Assembly (NCBI GenBank): GCA_002633005.1 | Contig: NMRA01000578.1 | Location: 203,408 to 267,407, forward strand | DNA: 64,000 bases | From: Phoronis australis | Lineage: Eukaryota > Animalia > Phoronida | Direction: 5' to 3' | Shown: piece by piece, positions 1-11,352 of the stretch | Position numbering within the stretch: position 1 is the stretch's first letter | Layout of the letters: the number at the start of each line of letters is the position of its first letter | Program-made: the position numbers and the translations under genes | Notes under the pieces: model-generated | What the model was told of the DNA's origin: nothing | What the model saw: the letters and a program-made list of their open reading frames with translations, nothing else | The model's database searches: none

Positions 1-118
1 AAAAGTGAGGTAAAAAATCGACATCTTGTCGCATGACTGTAAGGCCTGTAGCCCTGGACATGGAAAACTAGCGTTAACTCTTAACAATCCTTATCGAATT
101 CCTACTGTGCAATAATAC

Positions 119-271
119 AGCCTCCCGTTCAGCAACGCTAGGACCTCGCTAAAAAGCAAGATTTCGCGAGATTACGTGAGATATTGCCCTATACTTTAAC
201 TGAATTCACGTGATTTTGGCTAGATTTTAGCTAGGTCCTAGCGTAGATCCTAGAGTTACTGAACGCACGCC
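119..271. mobile_element. MITE with inverted ends (...GTTCAG(C/T)AACGCTAGGACCT / AGGTCCTAGCG...TACTGAACGCACGCC); second copy at 6770-6889
   Basis: Two dispersed copies with imperfect TIRs. Confidence 0.65.
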
Positions 272-1539
272 AGGTTAGCACCATGAGGCAAAATGAGACA
301 AAAACACATTGCTTCAGCTGTCTTACAAAAGGTCTAAGGGTTTACCTGCAAGCGTTCTTCAAGCTTCTGAAGTTTATCTGAAATTAAAAGAATTGCGGAT
401 TTAATTCTATAGACAAACTCTGTTTCTAAGTCCGTGTACACCGGTAACGCATTTCCGACGTAAGTAAACCGCGATTAATGAGGCAGTGTTACACGTTGGC
501 CATAAATAACGGTGTCGAATTCGGTGAAATTGTGAAAGAAACAGAGAGATAATTACCACAACAGAAGTGCTGAGCACCAACTATGCTGGCAACCAACACG
601 TAGTACAAAATTATGCGCAAGAGCATCTTCATTGTAAAGTAAACAAGTTGCGTGTTATTGACTGGCGAATCTACAATCTACGCAATTAAAGTTTGATGCG
701 AGACTTTATATATGTTCTGTGTTACTTCCGATAAAGCTTAAAAACTAGGTTAAGGTCAGAAAAGTTATCATTTTTGAAAAATGCATTCTGTAAAAAGCTA
801 CCGTACTAGTCGCATAGATTGTCACCTGTGGAATGCGAAGACATCGACTTCTAGATAATAGGTTTAACATCTATATTTATGCTAAATTGTAAGGAGTGTG
901 AAGTATTATAGCACTATTAATATGTTGTGCGTGTGAAAGCGCATGTGGGTGTGCATTTAATGTCCCTCCGCACCCTTTCCTTGTTTACTATTCGTGTTGC
1001 TAAGATGGTGAAATAAAAACACGTTATGCGCATTTGGCAATATTTCGTTGCAATGAGCGCTAACCAGTGGTGTAACGAGTCGTAGATGCGTGTAAGCCCA
1101 TTTATTTCGCAAGTCAACTCTAGAGCATTGGCTTGCTTAGCCGATGCGGTCGTATTATCATTCTTATGTAACCAGATGCAGTATTTTCAGACGAAAAAGC
1201 ACGACATAATCTTGATACATTGGGCATCAAAAATAATACCAAGGGACCATTTCTGTCTTCGATAACTTCTTCTTCCCTTCCTTTTGCCTTTGATGGTTAA
1301 ATTTTGAGTAGATTCACGAAATGTCAAATTCAACGACGTGTTGTTTGGCAGTTTTAGGTGAGCTGTCTCTTCGACGAGACGGTCCCACCACATAAATGTG
1401 TAGCGTTTTCTCACCATAGGTGGCACTCAATAGTTTTCCATATTTTTGCCTCCCGTCCCCATGCAGAGGGAACTGAGTTAAATCGGTTTATTTCTTGTCT
1501 ACATCAAAACCACAGAATATGAAACATATGCAGGTGCCA

Positions 1540-2270
1540 TGCTAAAAAACGAGCAAAATACACAAAATTGGCTGTTTTTTACCCAAAACCACAACTCGTA
1601 TGCGACTACTAAGCACCAGCAGACAACAAACTCAAAATGCCAAAACGCTCCAGATGCTAAAAATTGGGAAGACAATGGGTGTCGTCCACACCGTTTTTCT
1701 AACCTGAAAACTCTGACGGGTACCTGAATTTGCAGCCACAGCTTGCCTTGTCGACAGGAAGTGGTAGATTGGAAGTCATATTCGGTTTTCAAGCTGCAAA
1801 TTGTCAAAGTAGTGGTTTTGCTGACAAACCGAAAAATGTTCCAGCAAGTATACTGGTTGATATCTCGTCTACATGTTCCTTTAAGCCGTGTGGTAGTGTA
1901 CAAATTTCTAGAAAAAAATAAAGCCTTTGAAAACTTCTTGGATCACTCAGTAGGGACAGGTAACTATTTTTTCTCTAACATGCCAACCGAGAAATTGAAA
2001 AACGAAAAATTAAAACATCGAAAATTGAATCAATTTTCTAATTTTCCGATTTCGTTGAAAATTAATTTGATCCTTTCGCACACAGACCTTCTGGACTGAC
2101 TGCTGGTGGACGAATCCGGTGGAGTCGCCTCTGGTGTTCAGATTGCTTGTGGACCGGACTTTAATGAGAATCAATTTGCTTCTTATGTCATAGAGCCACA
2201 TTTAGGTTTCATAACGCGCCTTGTAGAAGGTAAAACCCACGAAGAAATTTCCACAACGTTGAGTAAATAA
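1540..2270 (+). mobile_element. Further partial copy of the IS3EU-like element 5' region, homologous to ~20050-20765 and ~46420-46676
   Basis: Clear nucleotide similarity. Contains the relic MS..EPHLGFITRLVEGKTHEEISTTL at ~2185-2262. Confidence 0.65.
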
Positions 2271-2686
2271 GTAAATTTTTATTATAGTGACATGTGTTCG
2301 TACAGATGGATTAAAACAATAAATACGTAACAAAATACAGGAACACTCAGTCCACCACGGGGCTTATAAGTCATCAGTGGAGGGGCCTGTCATATACAGC
2401 GACCACAACTCCGGCTCTATGGTAGCGGTACTGTACTGCTCATAGTGAGGAATCCAACCTGTCCTAGCGTGATGTGCAACAAGTCAAACGTCTTGCCTGC
2501 ACTCCGGAGGGGGGGTGAGCTTCAATGAATATGGAGGTAAATCCGAGACAAGCATCGGTCCGTTTCCCATTGGTTGCGACTACCTTTTTCCCACATTCCC
2601 TGCCACTCCTCTACCAGGGTCACGGCCCCACGCGGGTTGTAGCGGTGGACAGGATTGTTCATCCATGAACAACACTACCCATGTGT

Positions 2687-4008
2687 CACATACTGAGCCA
2701 CAACACCACGTTCCTTACAATATCTTTTTTATCACTCCGGCTGTTCCGCTCACTCAGCTTGTCCCGAACCTGCTTTGTAGGTTGTTATAGCCCAGTTGGT
2801 GTACTCACTTGGTACTTTATATGATATTTGCTCATTTGGCAGTTTGTACCAATTTGATAGTTGTTATTGAATTTGCCGTTTTGCTCTACCCGCTTGGTAG
2901 GCAATCGGCCAATACACATTTGGTATTATGTACACACTTGGTACTATGCTAACCTGTGCCACTTAGTATCCGATACTCAATTACACATTGGGTATCGTAA
3001 ACGTTATCTCTTGTAATTAAGGAGCCCAACTGGTTCCTTAAGTGAATTTGTATAGACGTGACCCTGAAATTCCCAATACAACCTAAAATATATATTATTC
3101 GTGATGTTTTATTTGTCCCCAATTATGAGATTTATGGCACTCTGACATAAATCCTATTATTTGGGCAAAAAACATTCTACAGCCCTTCAGGCTTCATATT
3201 CAACTCCTAGTTAGTTCCTACCTAGTCCGATGGTAGCGCTGTTTGTTCTTTCTCTCCAGCTTCGTGTTGGCCCAGCCTGAAGCAACAGTACATTCACTTT
3301 TAAGTTTTCCCAATTAGACAATTTGATACCTCTCCCACCCTCCCTACCCAGGGTTCCACAACAACCGATTTATACGTTTCCCACCCTCCCTATCTTTTGT
3401 CGAACAAAATCTGCTGTTGCTTATTATTGTTATTGCAGCCACTGCGGGTACCTCCTTCAAGCCTGGAGCGTGTTACCGTCAAGCAAGAAAAGACGTCATA
3501 GGCTAGCGACCAGACCTGTACTCGAGTGTCCATCACTGCACCTTGCCTTTCTCTACCCCGGTCACAGTTCTCAGCACATACTGAGCCACAACACCAAGTT
3601 CCTTACAATGTTTTTTATCACTCCGGTGGGTCTGCTCACTCAGCTTGTCCGGAACCTGCTTTGGAGATTGTTATAGCCCAGTTCGCTGTTTGGTGTACCC
3701 ACTTGGTACTTTGTATGATATTTGCCCATTTGGCAGTTTGTACCCATTTGGTACTTATTTTTGAATTTGCCGTTTTGCTCGACCCTCATGGTAGGCAATC
3801 GGCCAATACCCATTTGGTATTATGCTAACTTATGCCACTTAGTATCCGATACTCAATTACACATTGGGTATCATAAATGTGTGTGCTATCTTTTGTAATT
3901 AAGAAACCCATCTGGTTCCTTCTGTGAAATATTCATTTGTAGAGCTGTGACCCTGAAATTCCCAATACAACCTAAAATATTATTCTTGTTGTTTTATTTG
4001 TCCCCAAT
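2687..4008 (+). repeat. ~435-bp direct repeat (2687-3123 and 3575-4008) with internal short CA(C/T)TTGG(T/C)A subrepeats
   Basis: Direct alignment by eye. Confidence 0.85.
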
Positions 4009-5004
4009 AAGTCACTTTAGATACATGAAAAAACAAAAAGAAAAACATGTGTACACGCATTGCAAGAGGACCAAAAAGAGAACCCAGCGAAAAGAGTGAT
4101 CACAAATAAACAAAAAAAATTCCGTACCTCAAAAATTCTTTTGATGAAGAATGCAGTTTTCCTGATACTTAATCTCAACTTTAGAGTAAAAGGTGTTTCT
4201 GGCATCTAAGAAAACCAAACAGAAAATGTACTTCAGTTTCGACCCGACCAGTGTGACAAAGACAGCAAATTCCAAAGAACGAAAAAGTTCAATCTCAACC
4301 AATAGCTGTGGCGTTCCTGTTCTGATTTGAGCAAGAATTGACATAAATCTGACCGTCCCTGCAATGACGACTTCTATGAGTTGTGCACTATGTTGGCAGA
4401 ACGCTCACTGAAGTTACAGAGGCTGCAGACTTGTTTATCCAGTTGAGACATCATTGCAGCTGCACTGTACACTGTATTTAATTCATAATGCTATTATGAC
4501 CGTGTGGTGTATATGGTCGCATTTAGGCGCATGGGCCCATAGTCGAAGGCATAAAGTTTCAAAGTGAGCCCAACAAAACGTCTAGTCCGAGTGACAATCC
4601 CTTTTCGTTGTCTCGACTCTTCTCTCAAGGCGAGTTCGTATTGCTCATGACGAATTCAAACAGGTAGCCCAGATCCCACACTGTGTAAACACATACAATT
4701 TTCATACCAGATGTGAATGTCTGCAGTGAAAAGTAAATAGCAATTGTAGAATATTTATTTAGAAAAAAACAGAACTCTTAAATCCACATCACTCCACATC
4801 ACTCAGTAATAACAAGTCTCATAAATTATCAATAATGTCGTACTTGCAACTGCACGCAACATGATTGCCCTTGCGATAACTAAACAGACGGTTAAAACAT
4901 GGCACTTCGAAACAATTCACTACTTACACACTTTGGTGGCGCTACAAAATGATTGTTGAGCATTGTTTTTTAGGACACAATGCCTCGTTTTAGCATTAGT
5001 TTTT

Positions 5005-5345
5005 CCGGGATTTTCCGTAGATAAGCCCAGGGGCGTGTATTCGAAAAATGGAAATTTTTAGACGCTTTAATAACACCAAATAAACGCCTCGGCGTTTATT
5101 CGGAAAATGGGGGCGTATAAACGGAAGGTCATAGGTTTCCTGACATTGACATTTTTTACTTAAAAACGCGTTATGTTTTCGCTGGCACTTTGTTCGTTTT
5201 TATAAATGATAAATGCTCCACAAACTGAATTTGTGACTAAACGTTGACGCTTAGTGGGCTTTTAAGAGGATATTTCCGAAAAAACGCCCCACTCTCTGGG
5301 CACTGACGTCAGAAGTTGTAACACCAAATAAACGCCCATGGGTAA
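5005..5345. mobile_element. Degenerate pogo/Tc1-like MITE fragment with AATAAACGCC/GGCGTTTATT motifs
   Basis: Repeated and inverted AAACGCC motifs; the start resembles CCGTATTTTCCG...ATAAGCCC-type termini. Confidence 0.4.
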
Positions 5346-5720
5346 ACGTGAAAGCGCGCGTGTATCAAACATGCAGAACCATTGTAGTTTGGACACAACA
5401 CCTCATTCTCAAGCATGATGGCGAATTCTTGCAAGTAGTGAATTGTCAGCACGCAAACACAACAAATCGACTTATACATTACAAAATGGTGTCTACTAAT
5501 TTAAAAAACGATTTCAACAGTTCACCAGTCTGTTCCGTGCCTACAGATGGAGGCCAAAATACTGTCAAACTTGAAAGCAACAGTGCAGTAACCTAAGAAC
5601 CATGATTTTAGACAAAATCGCAAACGTTTCAACAATGACCGACTCTGAAAACTAACTCAGGTGTATCATGTTTACCCAGTTTGTGACAAACCCAGAACGA
5701 ACTTTAAACCGTAGAATACT

Positions 5721-5825
5721 CTATCGATAGAGATAGTAAGGCTATTGATAGAGATAGTAAGGCTATCGATAGAGATAGCAAGTCTATCGATAGAGTTAAT
5801 AAGTCTATAGATAGAGTTAGCAACG
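5721..5825. repeat. 21-bp minisatellite x5 (CTATCGATAGAGATAGTAAGG), probably inside a MITE ending ...GCCACCGTA at ~5867
   Basis: Units start at 5721, 5742, 5763, 5784 and 5805; each has the palindromic core CTATCGATAG or a one-base variant. Confidence 0.85.
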
Positions 5826-6381
5826 GAGAAAAAATAGTTGCCTTGCCGTCCTTTTGCAGCCACCGTACCACCGTATACAGTAACCGTATGCGTGTAAATT
5901 GTATTACAATTAGTGTTTAAATTCAGAATTTATAGGTCATCAGTTTCAGTGCATGCCCATAAAAGAATCGCGCAATGGGTGGTAAGGTGTGGGTCAGCGG
6001 ATATCAACGAATATGATGTGCACACAAGTAACAGCACGAAGTATCTCTTCCAGGTAACAGTGAGTGATTTATAAATGCTCATGAACTGAAACGCCTTGGG
6101 AAATTTTCGCTTCTGATGGGGTTGGTTCCCTCTTTGTATTTTGGGCGATTTTGGGTGTGACAAGCCTTTGCAAAATTCTTAGTTTTGCTTCACGCAGCAT
6201 TCGGAATGGCAATTAGGAAATTCAGTTATCCTTGTTTCCATCATTCCTAACCTTAAGGAATATCAATCCAACGAAGATAGTATTCATTTTATATCCTAAC
6301 ATGTATTAAATTCAACTGACTCAACTGAATACCCCTTAAATATGGAAAGCCAAAGGCTGAAGAAATTCCAGGGCATAAATT

Positions 6382-8262
6382 TTCTATTCAAGGATTAAAT
6401 TCTCTGCAGGACCAAAATACTCTCAAAACCAAAATTTATCATGCCTGGTCACAAAATTAATCACGCCAGGACATAAAATTTCTTGCCAGGAGAAAATTTC
6501 TTGCAGGAGGAAATTTCATACCAGGAGACCACATGACAATAACGATCCGCTGTGTCTATGTAATAGGCCTACTCAGTTGTATTCAAGTCCAGTGTGTCCA
6601 AGTGTACGTTGTTGTAAAACGTGGAAGAGACGTCAGACATTAAACCTCATTGTCACGATAATGTGGATTGTTCTAAAACCCCCTCGACCCCCACACCCCT
6701 CGACCCCCTAGACTCACAACATCTTCGACCCACGACCCCCTCGACCCACAACCCCCTCGACCCAAAGCCGGCCTCCAGTTCAGTAACGCTAGGACCTCGC
6801 TAAAAAACAAGACTTCGAGAGATTACGTGACTTTGACTAGGTTTTAGCTAGGTCCTAGCGTAGGTCCTAGCGTCTACTGAACGCACGCCGGGTTCGGCTC
6901 CGTCAGGTAATCGACTCACCGGCTTCGCTGTGTCTGTACAACTGTAGGTATACATACCGGCACAACTAGCAGCAGACAGCCTAGTCTTGGTACAAAACTG
7001 TATACTAAATATACAGCTTTGCACCGATGTGGGTAAAAAAGTGGTAAAATAAAACCTGACACTATATTAGTGTCATTAAAAGCTACAGTCTTCATACAGC
7101 TAGCTGGCTGGCTACAGACAGCCACAAGTTTCAAAAGCACCATAAACAGGCGTATATAATCGAACCAGGAACAACCCACCTTATCTGAGAGAAACGCCAG
7201 ACGGACCTCCGACCGGAAGCACCGAAAACAGGCCGATCCTCCTTTTGCCCCATAGCAGTACAGGAATGCCGACGATAGACAGGAATCACGAACCATTTTT
7301 CAGTTTGGCGCATCAAACCGCCACTACAGCTGGACGGGAAAGTTGCCACGCGAGCTGCCACGTGCTCTGTCGGCATGAGACCTGCTCCGCGGAGTCAGTG
7401 AGTACACTAATGTGTTCGTCCGCTGTAACAACTCAAAATTCGAATTTATTACATCAAGATATGAGCTGTGCAGCACTGAAATTAGTGGGCGGGCACTATA
7501 GCCTCCAGCTTCCTATGGTGCGTCGCCCGTGCAAGATTATTTTTCAAAACGGGTAAAATACATTAAACGTATTTAACGACAGCCCCATACCTGACACTGG
7601 ATAATTACAATAAAGAGACAAATTCGGTCACAATGAAGTATGAATCATGATGAAATGCCCAACGTTCAACTGAGAATTACACTGACTTTATCTCAGACAA
7701 GACTTCAGCAATTGTTCGGGGATTTTTTTCGATTTTCTTATGTGAATGTGCTTTTCTTTTGCTTTTATTTTCGCAAAAAAAATTGCTAGGCCTATGATCG
7801 TCGACCTCTCTGTTCCACCACGACTTCAACGAAAGTCACTCAGCGACGTAATAAGACTATGAAATATCGGCAAAAAGCGCAAAAATACATCTACAGCCAC
7901 AGGTCGTGGGTCTAGGGGTTCGTGGGTCGTGGGGGTCGTGGGTGCAGTGTCGAGGGGGTCGTGGGTCGAGAGGTGTGGGGGTCGAGGGGGTTTTAGAACT
8001 ATCCCGATACTGTGACTGTCGTCGGCGAGACATTGTGTACCTATTGCGTCATCTCTTGTGGATGATCACGTGGTCTCCTGGCATAAAATTTTCCCGACGT
8101 GAAATTTTCTGGACGTGTGAAATTTTCTGTCCTGGAGTGATAAGTTTTCGGTCCTGGCATGTTAAATCTTGGTATTGACGTGATGAATAATAGGGCCTGG
8201 GGTGTTAAATTTTGGTTTTGAGAATATTTTGATCCTAAAGAGAATTTTATTCTTGAATAGAA
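6382..8262. mobile_element. Nested foldback/MITE cluster: outer IRs 6382-6536 / 8066-8262, inner IRs 6670-6762 / 7903-7999
   Basis: Reverse-complement matches such as CCAGGAGACCACATGA / TCACGTGGTCTCCTGG and GTTCTAAAACCCCCTCGACCCCCACACC / GGTGTGGGGGTCGAGGGGGTTTTAGAAC. Confidence 0.8.
6982..7114. mobile_element. Non-autonomous TAG...CTA element with 9-bp TSD CAGACAGCC (AcademH-like)
   Basis: Exact TSD at 6973-6981 and 7115-7123; homologous to both ends of 30713-31490 in reverse orientation. Confidence 0.75.
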
Positions 8263-11200
8263 GATTAAATCATTGTTATGAGCAATGCTCTTTCAATGAC
8301 TTTGATATAATAGAGCAAGCAAAAACAACAAGGGAGCTGAAAATTCGTGAAGCTTTACAAGCCCAGTCTCAATAGGCTACTGACACACTACAAGTTGTCA
8401 TTTTTACTCTAGTCTACAGTTATACTCCCCTGTAACTGTGTCTGTGTGTCATTACCGTTGTTAGGCCTAGCAAGGTGGCCACTGTTTTTGCTTCTGAAGA
8501 TGGTGTTTTAATATACGCCAAAACATGTCAAACCGAGTTAAATCCATCGTTGTTTTTATCAATATATGCTGCTAGTTGCTATTCTGGAGATCTTTAAGCT
8601 GATATTCAAATAAATGTTTAACTCAGTTTGTCAAATACATTATTTTTACCTACAAATTATGTGATTTTACACTTGAGAATGTTCTCTTTTCGGCCAACAT
8701 GATCAACAGTTAGTCAAGTCCATTTCTCCTTTTCGCATCTACATTGAAAGCTGGTATTTTGCGATACGCAAAAAATCCTTTTTGATCTGCCGACGCCCAA
8801 AATTTGAATGCATCAGCCTGAACGGTCTGTGCTAGATATCTCCTGTTTGTGTACTTAATATATAATATTATTCAAAAAGAGTAAAATGACAATCTGTTTT
8901 TCGCTCCCGTTTTCCAGGAAATTGAGAAACTGAACATAATTTATGTTTGTTTGATGCACTATAAGGTGGTAGGTAAAATTAATTATATTGAGAATGGCGC
9001 CTTCTCGCGTTTTAACCAATCGGACGGCAATGGTTATTTAAGTTGGCGGTCTTTGTGCTAAGTGGTTCAAACAGACTTATAAGTTATTTTGTTATACATG
9101 CATAGAAAAACGTGATGTGGCACTTGTATAAACCACCTGTTTTGTGTTACTTTATGTCAAAGTGTTTGAGCTGTGGTAAATTTATTTCAAACATTCATGT
9201 ACATTTCAACTGAATTACAATACTCAATACCAGATGTTGCCAATCGTATTTGTTTCTTCCAGGTAATTATGTCAGTTCTACAAAATTTGGAGCTTATCTC
9301 TCAAAAGTTGAAACTTCTCTTTATTATTCAAATAAACTCTGACGTCACTTCCTTATTACTGGTGTTATCCATGCAGGTTTCTTATGTGTTTAATCCTCGT
9401 AACTTTTCTGTCGTGAAATACTGAAAGGTGCCATCTGAAATGTAACAGACACACCTTTATCTGCCTTTGAAAATAGAGCACAATTGACGGAAAACTGCAC
9501 AATTTCTTGAATCTGAATGTACATACATACATACATACATTCATATATTAGGCCTGCAATGGTACAACTGTCATATAGGAAACATACATCTGTGTACCAT
9601 GAAATTAAACAACAAAGAGTAAAGCAACATGGAGTATTCAACAAATCTATTCATAGGGAAATAGTCATGTCCTGGTCCATTTACGTGTATTTGATTCATG
9701 TTTTGATACGCAATGACGATTATTAACCCAGTCGACAAGTCTTGGAATTTGAGAAAAGGTTGAATTTTTTTCACAAAATCGGTTATTTGTGAAGTGACAA
9801 GCGTGACTAACGCATTGGATAAAATAATGGCTCACTGTGGGGAATGACTGCTAACATCGAAAGACAGGGTCATTTTGTTCTATAATGAAGAAATAGTTTA
9901 GCTGAGTAACGATTTCTTTCTCAGTGAAGGTATGAACCCGTGCAGGTGTCGGGACAAGTTAAGATGTTGGGTGAAATCTCTGAAGCAGAGTTTAGCATCC
10001 TTTTAAAACTGGATTTCATCTCTATTTAGTAGCCAAAAATGAAAAATTAATTACACCACCGGTGTCACAATAGTCCTTACCGTGATGTGACTTAATTATC
10101 ATTATTAAAAAGAACATTGAGACCAACAGCGAATCAAAAGAACTCTTCAGAGTTTATTGGCGTTGACCAACCTTAAAACTTTTAATTGGAACAAAAAATC
10201 ATTACAACACATTCATATGAATAACAAAGGAGACAAAGAATATGGCGACCGGCGGCGTTTTTCTATGTACCAACATATTTGTTCAAACGGGCAAAATTTA
10301 ACAAAACCACCTTCTTAAAATCTGAAGCTCATGTCACAGGATCTGTGAGCTAGTGACTTTCCAGTAACAAAATTTGAGCTGATGTAATATCCCATAGAGA
10401 AGTGGTGAAGGTTAGAACCAATATGACAAAATCTCTTAGACGACCCGAGTAAGGAGACGGCTCTTTCGTTCCCTATACGAAAATGATGCATGTAGACATT
10501 GCCTGCGATTTGATTTGTTGGCTTATTCGGAAATAATTCAATATCGGTTGAGCGTGGTAATGTTTTGAGTCCAACACGCCAAGAAAAACATTGGTAAATA
10601 AACAACGGCGAAATGCCCTTTAAGTTTTATTGATACCAAATGTTACTGATCAAATAAATATCATCTATTCAAATTACTGTGCAAATGTATGCATATAATT
10701 GAATAATACTGCCACCCTACCAGTTGGGAGATTGTTGAAAAAGAGTTAAAAATATCTACAAAACTACAACCCAATTCATTGACTCTCAGTAAAAGCAAAT
10801 ATATTCTGAAAGTAAAAAATGTGTACAATTTAATTTTGAGCCTTGTATCAATCTGTGCAATTTAATTTTGATTTTTATATCACTGACCTATCATACTTTA
10901 TGTCACGTGACCTTGTGTTTTGGTAAAATTAAGGAAAAATGAAGGAAGGTAGGTACGTAGAAAAATAACAACATTGAAAAATTCCCGTTGCTTTAAATGT
11001 TCAAGACGAACTCTTCAAATCGCTGTCATGGTTTCCTACATTATTCTTGCGTTTTTGTTTTATGTAACTTGAGATTCTTTTCGAGAATGTCTTCACACAA
11101 AAATGAAACATTTTGAAAACAGTTTCCTATAGAGTTTTGGGAAGACAATGCATAAACCACTGCGCGCACTTGAAAGATTCAAAATAATCATATTAGCACT

Positions 11201-11352
11201 TTCTGTGATGAGATGTTCTGAAATAAGCAACATCTTGATATTTTTAGGGGTTCTCACCGCAATTCTGCATCGACCAACACTCGCGCACGTCGACAATAAC
11301 TGTCAGCATGACTGTATTTGTCTTTTTGTTTTCAAAACAACTTACCATTAAT

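Noticed and set aside
5721-5825. CRISPR-like array
   Set aside because: Contiguous 21-bp tandem units with no unique spacers, in a eukaryotic context with no cas genes.
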